Assembly: GCA_963827235.1 (NCBI GenBank)
Contig: CAWHAE010000009.1
Span: 640,001 to 704,000, forward strand
Direction of reading: 5' to 3'
DNA from: an uncultured bacterium
GTDB taxonomy: Bacteria; Chloroflexota; UBA5177; JANWHV01
Length of the DNA stretch: 64,000 bases
The translations under genes were made by a program, and so were the position numbers. How positions within the stretch are numbered: position 1 is the first letter of the stretch; the number at the start of each line of letters is the position of its first letter. Of this stretch, positions 45,081-53,784 are shown one piece after another. Under the pieces are notes generated by a model. The model worked only from the letters and a program-made list of their open reading frames with translations, made no database searches and had not been told where the DNA came from.

Positions 45081-46535
45081 TTGGTGGCAGAACTCAGAGC
45101 CCTGTATCGTGTCTCGCCTCCACCCGATCACCGGCGGCAGTTGGCCGGCACGCTGGAGCAGGAGGCACGGGAGATACGGGGAGCGATCGTGCTGAGCTAC
45201 GATCGCCGGCGCGGTCGCGAGCGCGCCGGGACCAGCAGCGGACGACCGGCACCGTGGGGTATGGTAGCGAGCATCATCGCGGTGCTCGGGCTCGTGACTG
45301 GGGTGCTTGTCGTTGGCAAACCCGCGGACGGCCCGGCCCGGCCTGCGGTTGGCGCTCACGGGCCGGTCTCCGAAATACCGCCTGGAGCGAAGATCGCGCT
45401 TACCATCGACGGCTACCTACAGACGCATGTCGTCGAGCCGGAGCTTCTCCTGCTCATGCAGCGCTTCCACGCTCGAAGCGGAGCTATCGTGGTGGAGCGT
45501 CCCAGTGACGGGGCGATCCTCGCCCTGGCCTCGCAACCTAGCAGCGACACGCGAAGCTGGCAGCAGGTCGCGGCACAGCATGCCTTCGGCACCTTCCCTG
45601 CTGCCGCGAGCAACGAGGCCTCGGCTCCGGGTGAAACCATGATGGCGCTGCTCACGGCGATCGGCTTCGATACCGGCAGCTTCGACGAACAGACCGAGGT
45701 CGACGACTCCGGTCAACTGAAGACCGGCGGCATCACCGTGCGGGACTGGTGCTACCCAACATGCCCTTTCGACGGTCCGCAGAACGCCGGGCAGATGTTG
45801 CACTGGGCTTCCAGCGTGTCCGCCGCACGATTCGCCCAGAGAATCCCTGTTCAGCAGCTCTACCGCTACCTCGAAGGCTTTGGATTTGGTGAGACACAGG
45901 CAGGACCCGGACTGCCCAACGCAAAGCCCGGGGTGCTGATCGAGCCGTCCACGACAGTCGGGGGCAAACAGGTTCCTAACAGCCGGTGGAACCCGGCCTA
46001 TCGCACGGCCACGGCCCTCGGCGGCACGGGCCTCACGGCCACGCCGCTGCAACTGGCAAACGCCTACGCGGCGCTTGCCAACGGCGGCCGCTTGATGCAG
46101 CCTCATCTGGTGCAGTCCTACACACTCAACGGCAAGACCACGATGGTGCAGCCCCAGGTTCTTCATATCGTGTTTCGTCAGAGCGACACTGCCGAGCGCG
46201 TGACCAGCGTGCTGGTGCATGAGGCGGCGCATGGCGAGGCCTGCATGGCACTGGTGCCCGGCTTTGATGTGGCCGCCAAGACCGGCGCGGCTCTGAGCTA
46301 CAACTGGCCGCAGACCAGCGCCACCGCCGTAGCCTATGGCCCCGTGGGGGAGGCCGACCCGGCGCACAGGTTCGTGGTGCTGGTGCAGCTCCAGCTTCCA
46401 GACATTCCCTATGGTTCGGAGACCGCGGCGCCGGCCACACGCGAGATTCTGCGCCAGCTCTTCCAGCACTATGGATTGCAGCCGGATCCCAAGCACGTCC
46501 AGCCGGACCAAGCGTGCGCGGGTCCGAACGACTAG
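45081..46535 (+). CDS. Single-TM protein with degenerate PBP transpeptidase domain (candidate anti-sigma factor)
   Basis: LTIDGYLQ, GAILALAS.P, FGFG, TPLQLANAYAALANGG.LMQP, AKTG, AAP; the SxxK position reads ETMM. Confidence 0.8.
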   Translation: MVAELRALYRVSPPPDHRRQLAGTLEQEAREIRGAIVLSYDRRRGRERAGTSSGRPAPWGMVASIIAVLGLVTGVLVVGKPADGPARPAVGAHGPVSEIPPGAKIALTIDGYLQTHVVEPELLLLMQRFHARSGAIVVERPSDGAILALASQPSSDTRSWQQVAAQHAFGTFPAAASNEASAPGETMMALLTAIGFDTGSFDEQTEVDDSGQLKTGGITVRDWCYPTCPFDGPQNAGQMLHWASSVSAARFAQRIPVQQLYRYLEGFGFGETQAGPGLPNAKPGVLIEPSTTVGGKQVPNSRWNPAYRTATALGGTGLTATPLQLANAYAALANGGRLMQPHLVQSYTLNGKTTMVQPQVLHIVFRQSDTAERVTSVLVHEAAHGEACMALVPGFDVAAKTGAALSYNWPQTSATAVAYGPVGEADPAHRFVVLVQLQLPDIPYGSETAAPATREILRQLFQHYGLQPDPKHVQPDQACAGPND

Positions 46536-46537
46536 CC

Positions 46538-46597
46538 GGCACACCACTCCGGAAGCAAGGCTCGGCGCTACACTGGCTCGTGAAGCGCGAGCCAGAA
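46538..46597. repeat. REP-like dispersed repeat, copy 2
   Basis: Direct repeat of 44036-44095; contains hairpin CTGGCTCG-N7-CGAGCCAG. Confidence 0.85.
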
Positions 46598-46633
46598 TGC
46601 CGGGATAGGCTCGCTCCGCGAGAGGAGCGGCAT

Positions 46634-46850
46634 GTGCGCGCCATACGCGTGACCGTACGCGGCGTGGTGCAGGGCGTCGGCTTCCGCTACTTTGCCTTGC
46701 GGCGGGCCAACGCGCTGGGGCTGGTCGGGACGGTGCGTAACCTGCCGGACGGGTCTGCCGTCGAGGTCATTGCCCAGGGCGGCGAGCCGGAGATCGAGGC
46801 GCTTCTGGCGGAGATGGCGCAGGGACCACGCGGCAGCCAGGTCCAATCAC
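46634..46850 (+). pseudogene. acyP: Acylphosphatase, C-terminally truncated and reading in frame into the next gene
   Basis: VRGVVQGVGFRYF...GTVRNLPDGSAVEVIAQG...GP; no stop before the SRPBCC gene. Confidence 0.75.
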
Positions 46851-46948
46851 CCGAGGCAAGTGTCGCGGGCGTCCTCCCTGTGTGCCGGAGCGAGAGCTAC
46901 AATACGGACTGTGGTCAAGAGATCAAAGCAGCCAGTGGGAGGCAGCGT

Positions 46949-47410
46949 ATGGCTCTGATTCGCGTTGAAACGTCACGGGAGATCGCGGCGCCACCCGACC
47001 GCATCTACGAGCGCTTGTCCGAGTACGGCCCCGGCCGGGCCGCATGGTTACCCGCCGCAAACTACAGCGAGATGGCAGTGGAGAAAGGTGGGTCGGGCCC
47101 CGGAACAGAGGTCCGCTATCGACTCAAGGTTGGGCCGAGGCAGCGGGTCTACAAGATGCAGATCTCGGCGCCGGAGCCGGGCGTATCGGTCGTCGAGGCG
47201 GACTCCACCTCGAGCATGGTGTTCACCTGGAGCGTGCGGCCTGCCGGTTCCCGGAGCCGCGTCATGGTGACCTGCCAATGGAGCGGCGGCAGCGGCATCC
47301 GGGGGTTTTTCGAGCGCCGGTTCGCTCCAGGGGGCGTGCGGAGCGTGCTGGACCGAGCCCTCGCGGGGCTGGATTCGGCGGTGACCGGCACAACGGGTCC
47401 TGCGAGCTGA
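46949..47410 (+). CDS. SRPBCC/polyketide cyclase family protein
   Basis: REIAAPPDRIYE.L..Y, GG.GPGT, W.GG.GI.GFFERRFAP; GGGAGG RBS. Confidence 0.8.
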   Translation: MALIRVETSREIAAPPDRIYERLSEYGPGRAAWLPAANYSEMAVEKGGSGPGTEVRYRLKVGPRQRVYKMQISAPEPGVSVVEADSTSSMVFTWSVRPAGSRSRVMVTCQWSGGSGIRGFFERRFAPGGVRSVLDRALAGLDSAVTGTTGPAS

Positions 47411-47419
47411 GCCGGGCGA

Positions 47420-48397
47420 TCAGAGCCCGGCGAAGACCTCGAACGCCGGCTTGGCTGTGTAGTCTGCATGACACAGCCCGAAGGACAGGCGTGCGGCAGG
47501 GTTGTCGTTGATCTGAAACCAGCAGAGCGCGGCCACGCGTCCTGCCTGCTCGCAGTGCCGATACAGCGTCTGCAGGTTTTCCGCTTGCGCCTCGGGCGCC
47601 AACGGCGGCGACTGCCATCCGGTCTCGGTCAGATACCACGGCAGGTTGGCAAGGCCGTCGCTTGCTGCCAGGGCCCGCTCGAGGTGACCGAAGGCCGTGG
47701 CCGCGTTGCCCGGATCGAGCCTGCCGCCCCGGTCGAGATATGGGTGCACGCCGATGCCGGCGATGGGCAGGGACGCGGTGTCAAGACGCTGGAGCAGCGC
47801 CGCGAGGTAGCTTGCTCCGCTGCTGTCGGCATTGAGCGTGCCGCCTATGTTGTGGCAGAACAGCCCGCCGAGCACGATCTGGCTGTCCGGGCGCCTGGAA
47901 CCCAGTGCATGACCGGCCGCGCCGAGCAGCGCCGCGTAGCTCGACGGATAGATGAAGGTTGATCCGGTATACAGGCTCGGCGATGGATGCTGAGTCCAGG
48001 CGTTCGGCTCGTTCCACAGCTCCCACAGCCGCACCGTTGGCAGGGCACCGGCAAGCTGCACTGCCGCCGCGACGTACTGCTCTCTGAACGGATCGTCGCG
48101 ATCCGTCGTACCGCCGTTCTCCAGGTTATTGGCATTCCACAGCGCCTGGCTGGCGCGCGGCACGATTTGGTGGGAAAGCAGGCCGATGACCTCGATGCCT
48201 ACCCGCTGGAGATCGTCGACAATGCTCGCATAGCGCGCGATCAGCGCCTGGTCCCATCCCGCCTCTGGGCCGATGCGGAGCTCGAGCCGCACGATCTGTG
48301 CTCTGCCGGTCTGGAGTATCTCGAGGTCGCGGGCGCCGAACAGGCGGGTCTGCGCATCATTGCTCAAGACCTGGCCAAGGGCAAATCCCTTTTTCAT
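47420..48397 (-). CDS. Clan GH-A glycoside hydrolase (GH5/GH39-like)
   Basis: WELWNEPN acid/base motif, GVHPY, LTETGW nucleophile motif, FGL...KPAF. Confidence 0.8.
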   Translation of the reverse strand: MKKGFALGQVLSNDAQTRLFGARDLEILQTGRAQIVRLELRIGPEAGWDQALIARYASIVDDLQRVGIEVIGLLSHQIVPRASQALWNANNLENGGTTDRDDPFREQYVAAAVQLAGALPTVRLWELWNEPNAWTQHPSPSLYTGSTFIYPSSYAALLGAAGHALGSRRPDSQIVLGGLFCHNIGGTLNADSSGASYLAALLQRLDTASLPIAGIGVHPYLDRGGRLDPGNAATAFGHLERALAASDGLANLPWYLTETGWQSPPLAPEAQAENLQTLYRHCEQAGRVAALCWFQINDNPAARLSFGLCHADYTAKPAFEVFAGL

Positions 48398-48473
48398 ATG
48401 CACTCCGTCCGGGACGCGTGTGGCTGGAGGTTGCTGGTTCGGTCGGCGCTGCCACCCTGCCGCCTTCACCTTC

Positions 48474-48600
48474 GGCGATACGGTGGTGGTGTGGAAGCTT
48501 GATCGGCTGGGCCGCTCCCTGCGGCATCTAGTGCCGACGGTGCACTACCTGGATTGTACGGGGCGTAGGCTTTCAGAGCCTACGCGAGAACATCGACAGC
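48474..48600 (+). pseudogene. Serine recombinase/resolvase fragment
   Basis: GDTVVVWKLDRLGRSLRHLV then frameshifted GVGFQSLRENID. Confidence 0.85.
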
Positions 48601-48699
48601 CAAGACGAGTCCGACTCCGGCCGTGGACGCGCTCCTGGCATCTCCCTGTAGAACAAGAACGACCAGGGCCCCACTGGCTGTGGATCTCTGGCCCGATCG

Positions 48700-48865
48700 A
48701 GATCGAAAGCACCACTCGCGTCGGCCATATTGATGAGCGCGCTGCGCTTGTCCGCCAGCGTGTCGGCCACACCGCCGGGCAGGTCGGGGTGACCGGGGGA
48801 TCGATGCGCAGGACCTCCGCACCGAGCGTCGCCAGGTAGCGCGTACACACAGGACCGGCGATCAC
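48700..48865 (-). pseudogene. CaiB/BaiF CoA-transferase fragment
   Basis: VIAGPVCTRYLATLGAEVLRIDPP, then in a shifted frame DTLADKRSA. Confidence 0.7.
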
Positions 48866-49038
48866 GCATCCCTCTTAGGCTTAAGTATCGCCAGGTGCGC
48901 AGGTATAAGCACGATCTCACCCGGCACTGCCTCGCATGCGCGTGCATCGTCGTACGGGTCGCAGTCGGCGGGATGCACACTTCGCACCCCTGGCCGCCGC
49001 GATGTCCAAGATGTGCGCCGACTACACGGCCTGTCCCC

Positions 49039-49080
49039 TTGCTAAGTGACCCAAGGTCAATATATACTGACCTGGGGCCA
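49039..49080 (+). promoter_or_regulatory. Promoter with tandem putative TetR operators
   Basis: TTGCTA...TATACT overlapped by TGACC-CAA-GGTCA (49047-49059) and TGACC-TGG-GGCCA (49068-49080). Confidence 0.7.
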
Positions 49081-49094
49081 ATAGATGGCGTCCA

Positions 49095-49829
49095 ATGCCT
49101 GGAGGTACGGATTTGGAGGGCGCGGATCGTGCGGCAAAGGGCAGGCGGAAGCCTGCCTCGGCGCCCGTTGTTGAGCGGCGTGCCGGCTCGGGCGCCACGC
49201 ACAAGGAACGCCGCAGGCTTGCGCCTGATGCGCGACGGGCAGAGCTCGTCGATGCCGCCGTCCGGCTGCTGCGCGCCGGCGTCGACGAGGGCAATTGGGT
49301 CGCGGACGTCACCAGAGAGGCGGATGCTGCCAAAGGCACCTTCTATGTCTACTTCCCTTCCTGGGAGCACATGCTGGCCACCGTGCGCGACCACCTGATA
49401 GAGGAGTGCAGCGCACCAATCCGGACCGCACTCGCCGCCCCGGGTGCGCTTGACTACTGGGCCGTGCTCGCCACGCAGTGCGGCCGGTTCATCGACATCT
49501 CGCTTGCCTTCAAGCGGCACCACGCGCTCATCTTCCACTCACCCCTGCCGGAGCGGCCGGTCGAAGAAGCGCAGGCGGGTCCCGCGCTGCTCGCGGCGCT
49601 GATCGCCCGCGGCATCGCCGAAGACTGCTTCGGCCCCGTGGACGCCGAGGCCGGCGGCGTGCTGCTCTTTGCCGCTGTGCACGCGGCCGCCGACGCCGTA
49701 CTGGCCGGCGGGGATCGCGACCGCTGGATCACAGCGAGCATGGCGCTGGCTCGCGGGTACCTTTCGCCTGCACCCACGTCTGCACGCCGCTCGAGCCAAC
49801 CGGTCAACAAGAGGAGGACAGCGCGATGA
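49095..49829 (+). CDS. TetR family regulator
   Basis: RRAELVDAAVRLL...VADVTREADAAKGTFYVYFPS. Confidence 0.9.
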   Translation: MPGGTDLEGADRAAKGRRKPASAPVVERRAGSGATHKERRRLAPDARRAELVDAAVRLLRAGVDEGNWVADVTREADAAKGTFYVYFPSWEHMLATVRDHLIEECSAPIRTALAAPGALDYWAVLATQCGRFIDISLAFKRHHALIFHSPLPERPVEEAQAGPALLAALIARGIAEDCFGPVDAEAGGVLLFAAVHAAADAVLAGGDRDRWITASMALARGYLSPAPTSARRSSQPVNKRRTAR

Positions 49830-51355
49830 TCGGTGGTGCGCCGCAACCGGAGCTCAGCGACCGACGGCGGCTCTTCATCCTGGCGATCTGCTGTGTGAGC
49901 CTCTTCGTCGTGGGCATGGACAGCACGATCGTCAACATCGCCCTGCCGACCATCCAGCAGGATCTGCACGCCGGCGTCTCCGAGCTGCAATGGACGATCG
50001 ACGCCTACGCCCTGGTCCTGGGCAGCTTGCTGATTCTGGCCGGGTCGATGGCGGACCGCTTTGGGCGACGACTGGTCTTCCAGGCCGGCCTGGCCGTGTT
50101 CACCGCCGGATCGGTGCTGTGCAGCCTGGCCCCCAGCGTGGGCTGGCTGATCGCCTTCCGCATGATCCAGGGCATCGGCGGCTCCATGCTCAACCCGGTG
50201 GCCCTGTCCATCATCAGCAACGTGTTCACCGATCAGAAGGCGCGCGCCCGCGCCATCGGCGTCTGGGCCGGCGTGTTCGGGCTCAGCATGGCGCTCGGGC
50301 CGGTGATCGGCGGATTGCTCATCGGGGCATCGCTGGGCTGGCGATCCGTCTTCTGGATCAACCTGCCCGTCGGGCTGGCTGCGTTCGTCCTCGTCGCCCG
50401 CTTCGTGCCCGAATCCAGGGCGCCTCACCCGCGGCGCATCGATCCCGTGGGCCAGGTGCTGGTTATCGCGACGCTCGTCACGCTGACCTACGCGATCATC
50501 CAGGGACCGCAGGACGGGTGGACCTCGGCGCTGATCCTCGGCTGCTTCGCCTTCTCCGCCGCCGGTCTCATCGCGCTTGTCGTCTACGAGCCACGGCAGG
50601 TCGAGCCTCTGCTCGATGTGCGCTACTTCGCCGGCGTGCCGTTCTCTGGAGCCACGGCGATCGCGCTTGCCGCCTTCGCGGCAATCGGCGGTTTTGCGCT
50701 GGTCAATACCCTCTATTTGCAGGAGGTGCGCGGCTACTCCGCGTTGCATGCCGGCTTGCTGACCCTGCCGGTGGCAGTCGCAACCCTGATCGCCGGACCG
50801 CTCTCCGGCCGGCTGGTAGCCTGGCGCGGGCCGCGCCTGTCGCTGCTGGCGTCCGGCCTGGCGCTGGCACTGAGCGCCGTGCTGCTCACCGCATTGACCG
50901 CAAGCACGCCCATCGGCCTGCTCCTCGCCTCGTATGCGGTCTTTGGCCTGGGCTTCGGCTTGGTCAGCGCCCCCGTGAACACCACGGCTCTTGCCGGCAT
51001 GCCGCGCACGCAGGCAGGTGTGGCAGCGGCAATCGTCTCGACCGGCCGTCAGGTGGGCATGGCTCTCGGCGTCGCCGTCGCCGGCTCCGTGCTCGCCTCC
51101 AATCTGCACGGGCCGTTACGCACGGGCCTTGCCGCGGCGAGTCACCCGAGCTGGTGGGTCACTGCCGGCTACGGCGCGGCTGTCGTCGTGCTTGCGCTGG
51201 TCATCACGAGTCCGTGGGCGCGGCGCACCGCCGCGGCTACACCTATCTCTACACCGATCGCACGCAGGAAACCGGCTCGCTCGACTCTCCGCCCGGCACC
51301 ACGGCCGCGGAATAGACTGGGACGCCGCCGGCGACGGCAGCAGAAAGCGGGCTGA
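49826..51355 (+). CDS. MFS DHA2 (EmrB/QacA) drug efflux transporter
   Basis: MDSTIVNIALPTI, LQWTIDAY, GSMADRFGRR, WRSVFWINLPVG; ATGA overlap with tetR. Confidence 0.93.
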   Translation: MIGGAPQPELSDRRRLFILAICCVSLFVVGMDSTIVNIALPTIQQDLHAGVSELQWTIDAYALVLGSLLILAGSMADRFGRRLVFQAGLAVFTAGSVLCSLAPSVGWLIAFRMIQGIGGSMLNPVALSIISNVFTDQKARARAIGVWAGVFGLSMALGPVIGGLLIGASLGWRSVFWINLPVGLAAFVLVARFVPESRAPHPRRIDPVGQVLVIATLVTLTYAIIQGPQDGWTSALILGCFAFSAAGLIALVVYEPRQVEPLLDVRYFAGVPFSGATAIALAAFAAIGGFALVNTLYLQEVRGYSALHAGLLTLPVAVATLIAGPLSGRLVAWRGPRLSLLASGLALALSAVLLTALTASTPIGLLLASYAVFGLGFGLVSAPVNTTALAGMPRTQAGVAAAIVSTGRQVGMALGVAVAGSVLASNLHGPLRTGLAAASHPSWWVTAGYGAAVVVLALVITSPWARRTAAATPISTPIARRKPARSTLRPAPRPRNRLGRRRRRQQKAG

Positions 51356-51364
51356 AGAGCCGGA

Positions 51365-52417
51365 CTATGCCGCGCCAGCGTCCCACTCCGCCACGGCCGC
51401 CTCCAGAAGCGCGAACCGTCTCTCGGAACAGTCTATGGATGCCCGGCAGCCAACCGGCAGTGTGATCTGTGGCGCCGTGTGGCCGAAGTCCATGTCGGCG
51501 ACGATCGGGAACGCGTAGCGCCGCGTGCGCTCGAGCAGCACGGCATGCAGCGCCTGCTTCTGAGCCTCCGTGTAGCGGTACGGGCGACCGACGAGCAGTC
51601 CGTGGATCTGCCCAAACACGCCCATGTTCTCGTAGTCTTGCAGCACTGCATCGACCCGATCTGGAGGGGGTACGGCTTCAGACGTTTCGAGAAAGAGAAT
51701 CGCGCCCGCCAGATCCGGCCAGTAGGGCGTGCCGCGCAGGTGCTCCAGCGATTCAAGGCAGCCGCCGACCAGCCGGCCCTCCGCACGGCCGCCTTTGAGC
51801 CAGGTCCAGCCCCCTGAGCGGCGCATGGCACGTGGGCGCTGCAGGTCGGCCTGCACCGCCCAATCCAGGAACTCCTCGGTCCACGCCGGCGCCGGCTCGA
51901 TGCTGCCGACCGGAGCGGCGACGCCGATCGTGCGCAAGAACGAGTCGACGGTGTAGGCGAATGGCGCTGGGTATTCGCCGAAGTCGGTCATCAGCGCGGG
52001 GCCGTTGAACGTGAGCAGTCCGGTGCGGGCGTGGATGGCGACGTTCAGCACGGTGATATCGGAGAAGCCCATGAAGACTTTAGGATGGTTGCGGATGAGC
52101 TCCCAGTCGAGGACCGGCAATAGGTGGCAACAGTGGTCGCCGCCGATCGCCGCGATGATCATGCGCACGTTCGGATCGCCGAATGCAGCGTGCACGTCCG
52201 CCGCCCGCTCCTCGGGCGTGCCGGATACCCACCCGTGCTGCTCGAAGGCATGCGGCGCGATTGCGACGTGGTATCCCAAGTCGGTGAGCGCAGCCACGCC
52301 ACGCTCGACGCGGTGTGGAAACGTGCCGGGTCCGCACCACGAGGGCGCGATCACGGCTATCGTATCGCCGGGGCGCAATGCCGGCGGCTTCACGCTGTTT
52401 TCCACCCTGGTCTCCAT
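51365..52417 (-). CDS. S66 peptidase (LD-carboxypeptidase/MccF family)
   Basis: PPALRPGDTIAVIAPS, IGGD, GFSDIT, LFLETSE, DFGHT. Confidence 0.92.
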   Translation of the reverse strand: METRVENSVKPPALRPGDTIAVIAPSWCGPGTFPHRVERGVAALTDLGYHVAIAPHAFEQHGWVSGTPEERAADVHAAFGDPNVRMIIAAIGGDHCCHLLPVLDWELIRNHPKVFMGFSDITVLNVAIHARTGLLTFNGPALMTDFGEYPAPFAYTVDSFLRTIGVAAPVGSIEPAPAWTEEFLDWAVQADLQRPRAMRRSGGWTWLKGGRAEGRLVGGCLESLEHLRGTPYWPDLAGAILFLETSEAVPPPDRVDAVLQDYENMGVFGQIHGLLVGRPYRYTEAQKQALHAVLLERTRRYAFPIVADMDFGHTAPQITLPVGCRASIDCSERRFALLEAAVAEWDAGAA

Positions 52418-52440
52418 GCGTCGCCCAGAAGTCTCACCGT

Positions 52441-52476
52441 GTTTCTTGAGCCAGTGTAGCGGCGGGCTCAGCATGC
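52441..52476. repeat. Degenerate inverted third copy of the REP-like repeat
   Basis: Core TGAGCCAGTGTAGCG identical to the reverse complement of copy 1; 28/36 overall. Confidence 0.5.
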
Positions 52477-52696
52477 GAGAATCGCCGTACACCACGCCTA
52501 CTGTGCTGCGCTGCTTGGGCACCGGTCTCTGCAGCGAGCTGCGGAGCAGGACCGGGCGATCAGAATGTAAATCGCCCCTGCGTATGTCTCTCCGGGGAGC
52601 CGTCACCGCGACTGCGGGCCTTGCGTTCGGCACGCGAGGGCGCATACCATGCCTACGCCGCCGGGCGGCAGCCGGGCCCCGGGGGGAGTAAGAGCC

Positions 52697-53596
52697 GTGA
52701 CGCTAACGACAAACCGTCCCTACGCCGGAGAAGCAGACTACCAGCGGATGCGCGATCTGCTCCTGGCTGTTTCGGCCCGGAGCGCACCCGCGGCCTACTG
52801 CACGGTCGGCGATCTGGACTGGTGGCGACATTTCGACGAGCCTGCCGCTATAGATCTGGCACACCTGTGGTTTGCCGGCGACGTGCTGGCCGGCTTTGCC
52901 TGGCCGAAAGACGATCAGGTCGATCTCCTGTCCCATCCGGAGCATCGAGGTGTCGAGGCAGCAATGCTGAGATGGGCGGAAACCGAACGGAGTGCAGCCG
53001 GGGCCGGGTCGGAGCCCGTTGTGCTGCGGGCTTGGGCCTACGGCGGCGACATCACGCGCACGGCGCTCCTGCGCGCGAACGGCTATGAGCGTACGGTGAC
53101 CTGCTTCGTGTGCCGCGCTCAGTCGTTGGACGCGCCGATTCCAGCAGCATCCTTGCCGCCGGGATACGCAATTCGCCATATGCGAGATCTCGCCGACGTG
53201 GAGGCACGCGTGGGTGTGCATCGGGCGGTGTTTACCAGGACCAGGCTGAGCGTTTCGAGGTACGGCGATCTGATGCGGGCACCGACCTATCGGGCGGACC
53301 TCGATCTCGTAGCAGTGGCACCGGACGGGACCTTCGGCGCCTTCGCGATTGTCTGGCTCGACACATTCAACCGGCTGGGCGTCTTCGAGCCGGTGGGCAC
53401 GCATCCGGCACACAGGCGACGAGGGCTTGGCCGTGCCCTTCTGCACGAGGGGCTGCGACGACTGCAAGATCTGGGTGCAGGCACGGCGCATGTGAACAGC
53501 CGGCACGACGATCCGGCCCCAAACTGCCTGTATGAGTCGGCTGGCTTCAGCCTGGTCGACCGCAACTACGCTTGGAGCAAGCTGCTGCGCGGCTAA
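52697..53596 (+). CDS. GNAT family N-acetyltransferase
   Basis: FEPVGTHPAHRRRGLGRALL, LYESAGF. Confidence 0.9.
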   Translation: MTLTTNRPYAGEADYQRMRDLLLAVSARSAPAAYCTVGDLDWWRHFDEPAAIDLAHLWFAGDVLAGFAWPKDDQVDLLSHPEHRGVEAAMLRWAETERSAAGAGSEPVVLRAWAYGGDITRTALLRANGYERTVTCFVCRAQSLDAPIPAASLPPGYAIRHMRDLADVEARVGVHRAVFTRTRLSVSRYGDLMRAPTYRADLDLVAVAPDGTFGAFAIVWLDTFNRLGVFEPVGTHPAHRRRGLGRALLHEGLRRLQDLGAGTAHVNSRHDDPAPNCLYESAGFSLVDRNYAWSKLLRG

Positions 53597-53784
53597 CGCC
53601 CCCCGGGTGCCCTCGGCGCCGAAGGGCTGCGTAGAACGTGACCGCGTAGGGCATCCGTGCCATACCGCCGGATTTCACTGTCGAGCATGGCGGCGATGGC
53701 CTGTCACTGCTTGGCCGACATTGGGCAGCGTTGTCTGCGCCAAGAGCCCGGCAGCAGCGGCAGTCCGAGCGGAAGTCGTGCACG

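Noticed and set aside
43000-49000. Integron cassette array
   Set aside because: No integrase, mixed gene orientations, and the repeats lack attC GTT/AAC ends
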